64,000 bases of DNA from Bacteroidales bacterium (GCA_029007825.1 JAQXIO010000067.1:3147-67146), one strand, 5' to 3'; numbered from the stretch's first letter, positions 1 to 9,780 are shown. Translations and numbers: made by a program. The notes: generated from the sequence alone by a model not told the origin.

Positions 1-220
1 CCACGATATGAGTAAAAGCCATCAGCAGGAAACACGCCAGCACCCACCAGAAAAACAGGAAAGCCCCCGCATAAGGCCACACATTGGCAGAAAAGACTGC
101 TCCCTCCGTTTTACCCTGGAGCGCATTATGCACGGCAATACTCCCGAAAAGGCATCCCCACCCCACGAACCAGTTCCACAAAACCACGGCAGCGACCATT
201 CTTCTTTTTATGCGTACCAT
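1..220 (-). CDS. hypothetical membrane protein, N-terminal fragment (gene continues past left window edge)
   Basis: Not in ORF track because it is open at the edge. Manual reverse-strand translation from ATG at 220 (alternative ATG at 199) gives MVRIKRRMVAAVVLWNWFVGWGCLFGSIAVHNALQGKTEGAVFSANVWPYAGAFLFFWWVLACFLLMAFTHIV... It has a basic N-terminus then hydrophobic Trp-rich segments, with no stop down to base 2. It starts 13 nt after the stop of the upstream co-directional ORF. Confidence 0.4.
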   Translation of the reverse strand, partial: MVRIKRRMVAAVVLWNWFVGWGCLFGSIAVHNALQGKTEGAVFSANVWPYAGAFLFFWWVLACFLLMAFTHIV

Positions 221-233
221 CCCGATACCTCCC

Positions 234-515
234 CTATACAGATTCGGGAGTAAACCCGGTTACAGATGCCGTACCATGCACGGCAACCCTGTACGGCTCC
301 GTATTCCCGGCTTCTCCCCCATTCAGCTTTTCCAGCATCGACCTAAGTAAACCCTCGATCTCTTTCAATGCCGTCACCTCTCCGATCGACTCTATGCCGA
401 ACACCGAAATACCGTAACGGTCCGACTCCTTCTCCTTTCCAATGTTAATCGTCATAACTCTTAATTTTATTCGTTTATACATCTCTTTCGGTTCCGGTCG
501 AAAATATCCGGACAC
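234..515 (-). CDS. hypothetical protein
   Basis: 93-aa ORF from track. Position 515 is a GTG; in-frame ATGs at 482 and 455 are alternative starts. No recognisable motif. Co-directional with neighbouring small ORFs downstream of the Cro-position gene. Confidence 0.4.
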   Translation of the reverse strand: MSGYFRPEPKEMYKRIKLRVMTINIGKEKESDRYGISVFGIESIGEVTALKEIEGLLRSMLEKLNGGEAGNTEPYRVAVHGTASVTGFTPESV

Positions 516-698
516 TTACACCTCAAATCCGATCGGCATACCGATTCTACATTACATTACCGCCCGAACTCTCACCCATAGCTGAATCCGCATTCCCCTA
601 CCCTGCCACCCTTGCAGCCGTTACGGACAGGCTATGCGCAAAACCACCCGCCACCCCTTTGCCGCATGCAGGGACACTCTCCGGAAAAGACAGCAGCA

Positions 699-884
699 TC
701 AGGAAAAATCATCCGAAGGGCGCCGCACGATAAAAAATTCATTCTCTTCGACCACATAACCGTCGCCATCGCCATTACCATCCCCGGAACACTCGTAAGC
801 CTCGAACCATATTCGCTCCTCCCTCTCGGAAGTGGCAAATGACAAGCATTCGAAAAAATCCTTACGCATAACGGCAATTATCAA
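699..884 (-). CDS. hypothetical small acidic protein
   Basis: 61-aa ORF beginning 12 nt after the stop of ORF 897-1088. Acidic (GDGNGDGDG, EENEF). No motif. Coding status uncertain. Confidence 0.3.
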   Translation of the reverse strand: MIIAVMRKDFFECLSFATSEREERIWFEAYECSGDGNGDGDGYVVEENEFFIVRRPSDDFS

Positions 885-896
885 ATTATCAATAAA

Positions 897-1088
897 TTAA
901 CCTCTAATCTTAACCAATGTGCACGTCATCCGTTCCCGGTCGCTGTAACCGCTGAAACGCATACCGCTCGAAAGCTCCAGGCGCTTCTTCACATTATACA
1001 TATATCCCTGACGCAATATGCTGTCCGTATAGGATTGGTTCACTTTAAGTTCTTTTAAAATTGCCGGTAACGATTGTTGCATATTCAT
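897..1088 (-). CDS. small protein in Cro-like position, divergent from CI-type repressor
   Basis: 63-aa ORF transcribed divergently from the XRE/S24 repressor across a 105-bp AT-rich region that contains the palindromic repeats. The functional label rests on position only; no HTH could be confirmed by eye. Confidence 0.45.
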   Translation of the reverse strand: MNMQQSLPAILKELKVNQSYTDSILRQGYMYNVKKRLELSSGMRFSGYSDRERMTCTLVKIRG

Positions 1089-1145
1089 TAGTTTTTAACT
1101 ACGTTTGCGAATAATGTATATCTATTGTTTCAGTTGCAAATATAT

Positions 1146-1199
1146 AGTCATTTGACAACCATAACAACCATTTGACTATAATTTTATTGTCAAATGACT
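1146..1199. promoter_or_regulatory. candidate operator set: 13-bp perfect inverted repeat AGTCATTTGACAA / TTGTCAAATGACT plus a third half-site
   Basis: agtcatttgacaa at 1146-1158 and its exact reverse complement ttgtcaaatgact at 1187-1199. A third catttgac copy lies at 1169-1176. The right arm overlaps the repressor ATG (1194). Confidence 0.55.
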
Positions 1200-1928
1200 A
1201 ATTTGGAACATTTTTTAAATAAAGCCAGAATGATTAACGAAGATAGAATCCTGAGATTAAGGAAAGTACAAGCACATTTCAAGCTAAACAACAATCAGTT
1301 CGCCGAGAAAATCGGCATTGACAAATCGAATATTAGCAAAATCTATAATGGTCAAAGGACAATAGGAGACGGTATCATCAACAAAATCGTAGTAAATTGC
1401 AATGTGTCGAAAGAGTGGTTCCTTACAGGGCAAGGCAGCATGTTCCTGCCTAATTCGAACGTCTCCTCCTTTGGCCTGATGCCCGTCATGAACGTACCGC
1501 TCGTTCAGCAATACGCCTATGCCGGTTACCTTTGCGGCTACGCAGACCCCGAATACATAAGCGAGCTACCCACGGTACCGTTTATCGTCGACCACGAAGC
1601 CAAAGGCACCTATCTCTGTTTCGAAGTACGCGGCGACAGCATGTACGACGGCACAGAAGAGAGTCTCCTCGAAGGCGACAAGCTGCTGTGCCGGGAGATA
1701 AAACGCGAATTATGGACGACTTATAAACTCCACATCCGCAAATGGGATTTCGTAATTGTGCATCGTACAGACGGCATACTGGTAAAACGCATCAGCGAGC
1801 ACAACCTCGAACGTGGAAGCATAACCGTCCATTCCCTGAATCCGGAATATCCCGACCGTGAACTCCGTTTGGACGATATCTATCAGATATTCAACGTAAT
1901 TGAAGTTTCACGCGCCAGAAAGCGATAA
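1194..1928 (+). CDS. XRE-family HTH / S24 LexA-like peptidase repressor (phage CI-type)
   Basis: N-terminal HTH region (FAEKIGIDKSNISKIYNGQR). C-terminal S24 domain with the Ser motif GDSM and the Lys motif ILVKRI. Confidence 0.9.
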   Translation: MTNLEHFLNKARMINEDRILRLRKVQAHFKLNNNQFAEKIGIDKSNISKIYNGQRTIGDGIINKIVVNCNVSKEWFLTGQGSMFLPNSNVSSFGLMPVMNVPLVQQYAYAGYLCGYADPEYISELPTVPFIVDHEAKGTYLCFEVRGDSMYDGTEESLLEGDKLLCREIKRELWTTYKLHIRKWDFVIVHRTDGILVKRISEHNLERGSITVHSLNPEYPDRELRLDDIYQIFNVIEVSRARKR

Positions 1929-2112
1929 TCCGGACAATCGGCATCCACATCGGTTAAACTTTACTTTTATACTAAAGATCTCTTAATAAAAAGAATAGTT
2001 TTTGTCTTTCTGGTATAAGACAGGAACACCTTGGCACCCGTTATATAAAATTAACACGTAAAGCCAAGACAATTTTCTTGAAATTAAAAGCGAAACCTAA
2101 ATCAAAGAAATT

Positions 2113-2571
2113 ATGAACACACCAATAACTAACCCTCAACAGGATCGTATTCTACTATTACCGGATAAACCACAGGACTTACAAGTTTTCACGACAAATA
2201 CGGCAGAATCGCCAAGCCTTCTCCTCCGAAACGGCAAAAAAGAAAACACACCCTTCCATGTTTTTGAAATGCAGGACAACAGCATGTACGATGGAACCGA
2301 AAACAGCATTTTGATCGGAGACAGGCTCCTATGTCGCGAAATAAATCCACCGTTATGGCCCATTTTCCAGCCACACCCCGATAGAGATGAAATTATAATC
2401 GTTCACCGTTCCGAAGGTATACTGATAAAACGGATTGTTTCATATGATCCGGAAAACTCCCGAATTACCGTCCGTTCATTAAACCCGGAATACCCCGACC
2501 TTCACCTTTATACCGATGACATCATACAGATTTACAGCGTCGAAAACATACTACGCCCGGGCAGACGCTAA
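2113..2571 (+). CDS. S24 LexA/signal-peptidase-like domain protein lacking a DNA-binding domain (paralog of 1194-1928 C-terminus)
   Basis: Residues about 50-150 align by eye to the C-terminal domain of the upstream repressor (NSMYDGTE, GD.LLCREI, IVHR..GIL.KRI, SLNPEYPD, DDI.QI). Ser (DNSM) and Lys (LIKRI) positions are retained. The N-terminal 45 aa are Pro/Gln-rich with no HTH. Confidence 0.75.
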   Translation: MNTPITNPQQDRILLLPDKPQDLQVFTTNTAESPSLLLRNGKKENTPFHVFEMQDNSMYDGTENSILIGDRLLCREINPPLWPIFQPHPDRDEIIIVHRSEGILIKRIVSYDPENSRITVRSLNPEYPDLHLYTDDIIQIYSVENILRPGRR

Positions 2572-2611
2572 CAGCAGAACACATATCCGGAACAATTCAT
2601 AAAACTTCCCG

Positions 2612-2649
2612 GAATAAAAAACAGCCCCCCGTAATTCAAATTACGGGGG
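2612..2649 (-). terminator. rho-independent terminator (hairpin between convergent genes, U-tract on minus strand)
   Basis: Stem cccccgtaa (2626-2634) pairs with ttacggggg (2641-2649), 6-nt loop. The plus-strand A-run 2613-2623 gives a U-tract for the minus-strand MFS transcript. Confidence 0.6.
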
Positions 2650-2682
2650 ACCCAATACAATACCGGTCAAACGGTCGATAAA

Positions 2683-3885
2683 TCACTTCAGATAATCCGA
2701 ATCCGTATCGAAAGCAAAACCATTGCGGTAAAAAAGTATGACCATACTATAAATTGCCGCAAGCACAAGATTGAACTGGAACGGAAACAAATCACTCTTC
2801 GAACCTATCAGATCGCGTATTCCGTCTATTATAAACGGCGCAATCGTAATCGCAACATAATTCGTCGCAAGAATGATCGCGAGCGCCATCGTATTTTTAG
2901 TGGGAGTATCTACGGCCCGCGTCGCCTTATCGTAAACCGTCGGCTGGATAATTCCATATCCCCAACCCATCAGAAACGCACCCGTACAAAGCAGAGGCAT
3001 CGTGTAACCCACACACAGCAACCCCAGCCCCAGAGCAACCGAAAGCATCGCAAAAAAAACGGTACGACGGCGAAAAAGCTTAACGATCAGAGGCAATATA
3101 AAACCCGGCAGAAATATAGCAAAGAAAAATATAGCGGTGATCGTTCCCACTTTCGACGCATCGATACCGTGCTTCGCCAGAAGAAACGGCAAATAATAAG
3201 AAAGCACGATCACAAAAAAAGTCGTCCCGAAATAAAGAAGTACGATAGACACCATCCGTGGGATGATAAACCCCTTCCCCTCCACTTTTTGACCGGCAGG
3301 AGCCGACGGCACATTGGCATAAGAACGGATAGCCCCGAACATAACCAAAGGTATGACCGGCAACAGATAGACAATGAACGGCAAATGCCAGTTCCACCTC
3401 CCGAGCCAACCAACCACCAGCGTAGCCACAATAAGAGACAGATTCGCAACACCCGATTTGATACCCAGCATCTGCATACGCTCCTTACCGTCGAAATTAT
3501 CGGTGATAAGACTTGCCGCAAGAGGAATCAGTAAACCACACCCCACACCCAGCAGGCAACTGACGGCAATAAGCTGCCACATAGCATTCGTGAAGAGATA
3601 AATCACTCCGCTGGCAAGGTAAAAGCCAAGCCCCCAAAGCAAAATAACCGATTTGCTCGACGACGAGGCAATCTGCCCCGAAAGCAATACGAACGGAATG
3701 ATAAAAAGATTCGGAAGAATCGTCAGCATCTGAATCGAAAGCTGCGAAGAACCCGGAAAAATCTTATCCAGGTTAGCCAGCACAGGACTTATCGCCAATC
3801 CGGGCAGATTGACCAGAAGAGAAACAGATAAAATAGCGATCAATGAAGTCAGAGGCATCGTGCCTTTTCCCGTTTTGATATCCAT
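2683..3885 (-). CDS. MFS transporter
   Basis: 400 aa, about 12 hydrophobic segments by eye with a central loop. Composition is typical of the major facilitator superfamily. Substrate unknown. Confidence 0.8.
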   Translation of the reverse strand: MDIKTGKGTMPLTSLIAILSVSLLVNLPGLAISPVLANLDKIFPGSSQLSIQMLTILPNLFIIPFVLLSGQIASSSSKSVILLWGLGFYLASGVIYLFTNAMWQLIAVSCLLGVGCGLLIPLAASLITDNFDGKERMQMLGIKSGVANLSLIVATLVVGWLGRWNWHLPFIVYLLPVIPLVMFGAIRSYANVPSAPAGQKVEGKGFIIPRMVSIVLLYFGTTFFVIVLSYYLPFLLAKHGIDASKVGTITAIFFFAIFLPGFILPLIVKLFRRRTVFFAMLSVALGLGLLCVGYTMPLLCTGAFLMGWGYGIIQPTVYDKATRAVDTPTKNTMALAIILATNYVAITIAPFIIDGIRDLIGSKSDLFPFQFNLVLAAIYSMVILFYRNGFAFDTDSDYLK

Positions 3886-4007
3886 AATGGTAAATAATTA
3901 TTATTAACAGCAATGTAAGTCAAATTAATAACAACCATTATATCGTATTGTTCGCCCCGCTCTCCCCTGTTAATATAAAACCGGCAACGATAAATAATTC
4001 CGGCAAA

Positions 4008-5114
4008 TCAATCGATCCCCTTCCACCATTCGGAAAAGACCTGCGCCGTATCGTTCAGCAACACCCGTTCCCCGATTACAGGCGTAAGCAGGTGCACATG
4101 CCCGTCACTCTTCATCCCGTACGCATGTTTTAACGGATCGTCCCACGCATGCCTGCTCAAGGCAAACTTCGAGTTATGCACCGTCAAGACCTTTCCGGCG
4201 TGCAAATCGGAAACCGCCCTCTTCAGATCATCCGGCATCAGATGGATATACCGCCAATCCTCATTATACTGGCCGTTCTCCATAATAGCCAGGTCGATCG
4301 GCCCAAACCGCTCCGCTATCTCCGCAAAATGCTTGTCATATCCCCCGTCACCACTCATATAAATCCGTTGCGAAGGCGTCTCCAATAGGAAAGAAGCCCA
4401 CAAAGTACGGTTACGGGAAAAGCTGCGGCCCGAAAAATGACGGCTCGGCAAACAATAGACAGCAAAACCATCCGGTAAAGACACCTCCTCGTCCCAGTCC
4501 ATCTCTATAAGGCGGCTCCGGTCGAAACCCCAGTATTCAAAATGCTCACCTACACCCAAAGGGCAAATCACCTTTCCGATACGCCCCTTCAGGCTTTTGA
4601 CCGTTTCGTAATCCAAATGATCCCAATGATCATGCGTAACAATCAGGTAATCGATCTCCGGTATATCGTCGGGACTGAAAACACCCGTCCCTTTGAAAGG
4701 ATTGAACATCAGCGACATCGGAATCTTATCGGTCAGCACCGGGTCCACAAGGAAACGCTTTCCGTCCGTCTGGATAAAATACGACGAATGGCCGAACCAC
4801 ACCAGCACATCCCCCTCCCTGTCCAGACTATGCAGGTCCGGCTGCATAACCGGTAAATCCGCAACAGGTTTCAAACGCTCCCTTTTACTGAAGATAAAAT
4901 CCCACATCATGCCCAACATCCCCTTATCCGAAGTCATTTGCGCCGTCAGGCTCTGATTCCGGAACTCCCCATCCCGGAAATTCGGCGAACGCCGTATGCG
5001 CTCCATCCGCTCGCCCCGGGGCAACCGCCCGAAAGCCGGACGCACCATAAAAGCCGCCACACCCGCTATTGCAACCAACAGAAAAAAAATCACTACCATA
5101 CGCCTCTTTTTCAT
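4008..5114 (-). CDS. MBL-fold metallo-hydrolase (membrane-anchored)
   Basis: HxHxDH motif (VTHDHWDHLD) and later conserved His/Asp residues. I moved the start to ATG 5114 (MKKRRMVVIFFLLVAIAGVAAF, signal anchor). The track ORF extends to 5249 through an implausible Cys-rich leader. Confidence 0.85.
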   Translation of the reverse strand: MKKRRMVVIFFLLVAIAGVAAFMVRPAFGRLPRGERMERIRRSPNFRDGEFRNQSLTAQMTSDKGMLGMMWDFIFSKRERLKPVADLPVMQPDLHSLDREGDVLVWFGHSSYFIQTDGKRFLVDPVLTDKIPMSLMFNPFKGTGVFSPDDIPEIDYLIVTHDHWDHLDYETVKSLKGRIGKVICPLGVGEHFEYWGFDRSRLIEMDWDEEVSLPDGFAVYCLPSRHFSGRSFSRNRTLWASFLLETPSQRIYMSGDGGYDKHFAEIAERFGPIDLAIMENGQYNEDWRYIHLMPDDLKRAVSDLHAGKVLTVHNSKFALSRHAWDDPLKHAYGMKSDGHVHLLTPVIGERVLLNDTAQVFSEWWKGID

Positions 5115-5561
5115 AATCCATTCTATATAAAAACCGGACACCTCCGTTTCCCGTCTCCGGTACTTCAGCGAAGACAAAGAAATAACAGAAGAACAGCAAA
5201 CCACAATTCCACCCTTTGCATACCACCGGCATATCATTATTACCTGCAATTATCATTCCGGAAAACAGGAATTACAAAAAAATAACAACACGGCTTACCA
5301 GACCACACCCCGACCCTGTGTACTTTCATAAGCCGGAAAAGCGGAATATACGAGCATCCCCCCGATTTCCCTTCCATTATCCGCCCTTTTCATAGAAAAA
5401 TCTTCCCGAAACATCCGGACAAAACCCACCTATCCGGTAAAAAATTCCCTTTGCGCCCACCTCCGGCAAAAAACCTGTACCTTATCGGTTAAAAAAGCAC
5501 CCTTAAAACCCCTTTTTCTCCTTACAAAAAGAAATTATTTCCTCTTTTAGAAAGAAAAACG

Positions 5562-5569
5562 TAACTTTG
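5562..5569 (+). promoter_or_regulatory. candidate Bacteroidota -7 promoter box (TAnnTTTG) for ileS
   Basis: taactttg at 5562-5569, 35 nt upstream of the ileS ATG. T-rich stretch about 25-30 nt further upstream. Confidence 0.4.
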
Positions 5570-5603
5570 CACCCTAAAACAAATTACCTAAACAAAGAGT
5601 TAT

Positions 5604-8600
5604 ATGAGTCGGAAATTTGCGGAATACGGACGCTTGGATCTCTCACAGGTCAACAAAGAAATCCTGGAAAAATGGGAAAAAGACAACCTATTCAGGAAAA
5701 GTATGGAAATCCGCCAGGGCGCACCCTCGTTTGTTTTTTACGAAGGCCCTCCCTCGGCAAACGGAATGCCCGGAATTCACCACGTCATTGCCCGCTCGAT
5801 TAAAGATATATTCTGCCGCTACAAAACCATGAAAGGTTATCAGGTAAAGCGGAAAGCAGGATGGGACACCCACGGGCTGCCCGTCGAACTCGGCGTCGAA
5901 AAGAAACTCGGCATAACCAAAGAAGCGATCGGTAAAACCATCACCGTAGCCGAATACAACGCAGAATGCCGTAAAGACGTGATGAAATTCACCCGCGAAT
6001 GGGAAGACCTCACCAACAAGATGGGCTACTGGGTCGATATGGACGATCCCTACATCACCTACGACAACCGCTACATCGAAACCCTATGGTGGCTGCTCAA
6101 AGAACTCTACAAAAAAGGCCTTCTCTACAAAGGCTATACCATACAACCCTACTCCCCCGCAGCAGGTACGGGGCTCAGTACGCACGAGCTGAACCAGCCC
6201 GGCTGCTACCGCGACGTAAAAGACACCACCTGCACGGCACAATTCAAAATCAAAAACCCGAAACCCGAAATGACCGGGTTCGGCGACGCCTATTTCCTCG
6301 CATGGACCACCACCCCGTGGACACTGCCCTCGAATACGGCGCTCTGCGTAGGCCCCAACATAGACTACGTCGCCGTGCAAAGCTATAACCCCTACTCAGG
6401 ACAACCCATGACCGCCATTCTGGCAAAAGCACTGGTAAACACCCTGTTCAATCCGAAAGCCGCCGATATAGCCCTCGAAAACTATAAACCCGGTGATAAA
6501 CTCATACCCTTCAAAATCGTAGCCGGATGGAAAGGCACCGACCTCGTCGGCATGGAATACGAACAACTCATCCCCTGGGTAAACCCCGGCGAAGGCGCCT
6601 TCCGCGTTATCTCCGGCGACTACGTATCGACCGAAGACGGAACCGGAATCGTACACATCGCACCCACTTTCGGTGCCGATGACGACCGCGTGGCAAAAGC
6701 CGCAGGCATACCGCCCCTTATGATGACCGACAAAGACGGCAACCGCCGCCCCATGGTCGATATGACGGGAAAATTCTATCTTCTGAAAGACCTCGACGAA
6801 ACGTTCGTACTCAACTCGGTAAACACCGGACTCTACAAAGAATATGAAGGCCGTTTCGTTAAAAACGCCTTCGACCCGGCACTCAAAGACGACGATACCA
6901 CGCTCGACATCGACCTCTGCGTTATGCTCAAGCAGCAAAACCTCGTATTCAAAATAGAGAAGCACATGCATAACTACCCGCACTGCTGGCGCACCGACAA
7001 ACCCGTGCTCTACTATCCGTTAGACAGTTGGTTTATCCGCACCACAGCGTGCCGCGAACGCATGATCGAGCTCAACAACACCATCAACTGGAAACCCCAG
7101 TCCACCGGAACCGGACGTTTCGGCAAATGGCTCGAAAACCTGCAAGACTGGAACCTCTCCCGCAGCCGCTACTGGGGAACACCCCTGCCCATCTGGCGCA
7201 CCGAAGACGGCAGCGAAGAGAAATGCATCGGTTCGGTTGAAGAACTCTACGACGAAATAGAAAAAGCCGTTGCCGCAGGCGTAATGGAGAAAAACCCCTA
7301 CGCCGCGTTCAAACCCGGCAACTACACGAAAGAAAACTACGAAAAAATCGACCTGCACCGCCCCTATGTCGACGACATCACCCTGTTGTCCGACTCCGGC
7401 AAACCTATGAAACGCGAAAGCGACCTCATCGACGTATGGTTCGATTCCGGCGCTATGCCCTATGCACAGATACACTACCCCTTCGAAAACAAGGAACTGT
7501 TCGATTCACGCACCATCTACCCTGCCGACTTTATCGCCGAAGGCGTAGACCAGACACGCGGATGGTTCTTCACCCTGCATGCCATTGCCACGATGATCTT
7601 CGACAGCGTTGCATACAAAGCAGTAGTATCGAACGGCCTCGTGCTCGATAAAAACGGCAACAAAATGTCGAAACGGCTCGGAAACGCCGTAGATCCGTTC
7701 AGCACGATCGAAAAATATGGCTCCGACCCCCTCCGCTGGTACATGATCACCAACGCATCGCCTTGGGACAACCTCAAATTCGACGTTGACGGCATAGAAG
7801 AAGTACGCCGCAAATTCTTCGGCACCCTTTACAACACCTACTCCTTCTTCGCCCTCTACGCCAACGTAGACGGATTCACATACGAAGAAGCCGAAATACC
7901 CGTCGCGCAACGCCCCGAAATAGACCGCTGGATCATATCCCTCCTCAACTCCCTCATCAAAGAGGTAGACGAAAGCCTCGCAGCCTACGAGCCCACTAAG
8001 GCCGGGCGCGCCATATCCGACTTCGTCAACGACCACCTCAGCAACTGGTACGTACGCCTCAACCGCAAACGCTTCTGGGGCGGAGGGTACGACAACGACA
8101 AAATAGCAGCCTACCAGACACTCTATACCTGTCTGGAAACGGTCGCCAAGCTGATGGCACCCATCGCACCCTTCTTCGCCGACCGTCTCTTCGCCGACCT
8201 CACCTCGGCAACCGGACGCGAAAACGGCCTCTCCGTGCACCTTACGCTCTTCCCGCAATACGATGAAAAACTCATTGACAAAGCGCTCGAAGAACGTATG
8301 CAAATGGCACAAAGCATCTCATCCCTCGTTCTCGCATTACGCAAAAAAGTGAACATCAAGGTACGCCAGCCCCTGCAAACCCTGCTGATACCGGTGACAG
8401 ACGCCCACCAGCAGAAAGCCGTAGAAGCCGTGCAACACCTGATACAAAACGAAGTAAACGTAAAAGAGATCAAATTCGTCGATAATGCCGCCGGAATACT
8501 GGTAAAACGTGTGAAACCCGATTTCAAGAAACTCGGGCCCCGTTACGGTAAGATCATGAAACAGCTGGCAGCAGCCATACAAGCGCTCGATCAGGAACAA

Positions 8601-9023
8601 ATCACCCTGCTCGAAAAAGAAGGCACCCTCACCCTTACCGTCGAAGCACAACCTGTACAAATAACGACAGCCGACGTCGAAATCATATCGGAAGACATCC
8701 CCGGTTGGCTGGTAGCTAACGAAGGACGCCTCACCGTAGCGCTCGACATCACCATCACCGACGAACTGAAAAGGGAAGGCATCGCACGCGAACTCGTCAA
8801 CCGCATACAAAACATGCGCAAAGCGAATAACTTCGATATCACCGATAAAATAGAAGTAACCATCGAAAAGAACGCCGACATCACTCCTGCCGTCGAAGCC
8901 TACCGCGACTACATCGCCGGACAGGTACTCGCCACCTCGGTAACACTGGCCGACAAGCTCGAAGAAGGCGAACAACTCGACACCGACGACTTCGAAGCCC
9001 GCGTCGCCATACGGAAAGTATAA
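5604..9023 (+). CDS. ileS: isoleucine--tRNA ligase
   Basis: 1139 aa. Class I HIGH-region (PSANGMPGIHHV), KMSKS (KMSKRLGN), WDTHGLP editing-domain junction, GWFFTLH. Length and C-terminal extension are typical of the Bacteroidota form. Confidence 0.98.
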   Translation: MSRKFAEYGRLDLSQVNKEILEKWEKDNLFRKSMEIRQGAPSFVFYEGPPSANGMPGIHHVIARSIKDIFCRYKTMKGYQVKRKAGWDTHGLPVELGVEKKLGITKEAIGKTITVAEYNAECRKDVMKFTREWEDLTNKMGYWVDMDDPYITYDNRYIETLWWLLKELYKKGLLYKGYTIQPYSPAAGTGLSTHELNQPGCYRDVKDTTCTAQFKIKNPKPEMTGFGDAYFLAWTTTPWTLPSNTALCVGPNIDYVAVQSYNPYSGQPMTAILAKALVNTLFNPKAADIALENYKPGDKLIPFKIVAGWKGTDLVGMEYEQLIPWVNPGEGAFRVISGDYVSTEDGTGIVHIAPTFGADDDRVAKAAGIPPLMMTDKDGNRRPMVDMTGKFYLLKDLDETFVLNSVNTGLYKEYEGRFVKNAFDPALKDDDTTLDIDLCVMLKQQNLVFKIEKHMHNYPHCWRTDKPVLYYPLDSWFIRTTACRERMIELNNTINWKPQSTGTGRFGKWLENLQDWNLSRSRYWGTPLPIWRTEDGSEEKCIGSVEELYDEIEKAVAAGVMEKNPYAAFKPGNYTKENYEKIDLHRPYVDDITLLSDSGKPMKRESDLIDVWFDSGAMPYAQIHYPFENKELFDSRTIYPADFIAEGVDQTRGWFFTLHAIATMIFDSVAYKAVVSNGLVLDKNGNKMSKRLGNAVDPFSTIEKYGSDPLRWYMITNASPWDNLKFDVDGIEEVRRKFFGTLYNTYSFFALYANVDGFTYEEAEIPVAQRPEIDRWIISLLNSLIKEVDESLAAYEPTKAGRAISDFVNDHLSNWYVRLNRKRFWGGGYDNDKIAAYQTLYTCLETVAKLMAPIAPFFADRLFADLTSATGRENGLSVHLTLFPQYDEKLIDKALEERMQMAQSISSLVLALRKKVNIKVRQPLQTLLIPVTDAHQQKAVEAVQHLIQNEVNVKEIKFVDNAAGILVKRVKPDFKKLGPRYGKIMKQLAAAIQALDQEQITLLEKEGTLTLTVEAQPVQITTADVEIISEDIPGWLVANEGRLTVALDITITDELKREGIARELVNRIQNMRKANNFDITDKIEVTIEKNADITPAVEAYRDYIAGQVLATSVTLADKLEEGEQLDTDDFEARVAIRKV

Positions 9024-9043
9024 GATCATCTTTATTTACATAA

Positions 9044-9087
9044 AAGAGCGGTTGTTCTTATAAAAAGACAACCGCTCTTCTTTGTTT
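9044..9087 (+). terminator. rho-independent terminator of ileS
   Basis: Perfect 12-bp stem aagagcggttgt (9044-9055) pairs with acaaccgctctt (9068-9079), followed by ctttgttt. Confidence 0.8.
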
Positions 9088-9332
9088 CGGATGTATCTGA
9101 ACCGAATTGATTCGATTGCAAACAATTTACATGCTCTTATTGAAAAACGCCCGAAAAACTACAATATTACCCGCCGCACTCTGCTCCAAACACCTTAAAC
9201 AACCTCTATGATCCTCCTCGGTCACATATATTGCACCAAAGCAAAAATCCGGGGCCGCAAAATGCATATCCCTACAATAAACCAACACAACACCCTGCCC
9301 CGTCACACATGCGCTTTCCGGCACAAACACAA

Positions 9333-9368
9333 TCAAAAAAAATCCGGGTGCGAAAAACCACACCCGGA
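9333..9368 (-). terminator. candidate rho-independent terminator (minus strand)
   Basis: Stem tccgggtg (9343-9350) pairs with cacccgga (9361-9368). The plus-strand A-run 9334-9342 gives a U-tract on the minus transcript. It lies about 190 nt downstream of the wHTH gene. Confidence 0.45.
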
Positions 9369-9561
9369 AAACAGCATAAACAAACAAACTATTTTACTGA
9401 AGCGAACAGTCCGTACATCTTATAAGCCAGCCGTTTCAAATCCTCCACTCACCCGGAAAAAAACAAAGCTCTGGCCGCCGGAGTTACTTACCATACAATT
9501 CCGGCTCAATAAAGGGACTGTCATACAACAGATTTACAATCATAGGAACGGTACTGCCTTC

Positions 9562-9780
9562 TTAATAAAATATCTCGGAAACAGACGTATTCCGTTCAAT
9601 GAACAATTCGCCGTCCTCGTCCCGGAGAAGAATCTTATTCTCTTTACACAACCAGCCTAATGCAAAAAACAAATTCTTGTAATTTACCAGCTTGGTCAGC
9701 TCCTGGATAGACAGCTCACCTCTCTCTGAAATCAATTGCCATACGGCATTTACTCTGGTTTGGAAATCTTTCTGTAACAT
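9562..9780 (-). CDS. small winged-helix domain protein (DUF2582-like)
   Basis: 72 aa from ATG 9780 (MLQKDFQTRVNAVWQLISERGELSIQELTKL...GWLCKENKILL). The pattern matches the small wHTH family by recollection. The longer track start (9840) adds a hydrophobic leader that I consider unlikely. Confidence 0.6.
   Translation of the reverse strand: MLQKDFQTRVNAVWQLISERGELSIQELTKLVNYKNLFFALGWLCKENKILLRDEDGELFIERNTSVSEIFY

Noticed and set aside
8-350. Plus-strand ORFs 8-253 and 84-350
   Set aside because: The translations are Pro/His/Gln-rich and implausible. The minus-strand frames (1-220 and 234-515) are more protein-like and fit the co-directional small-gene run.
6084-9029. Minus-strand ORFs inside ileS (e.g. 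6396-6983, 7506-8312, 8337-9029)
   Set aside because: They are antisense to an unambiguous ileS reading frame. Their Val/Gly/Phe-rich composition is typical of antisense translation.
9088-9561. Possible sRNA or small gene in the 470-bp gap after ileS (includes 86-aa minus-strand ORF 9127-9387)
   Set aside because: The 86-aa ORF spans the hairpin/terminator and has an odd Phe/Val/Cys-rich composition. No conserved RNA structure is recognisable beyond the terminator hairpin at 9343-9368. Evidence is insufficient.
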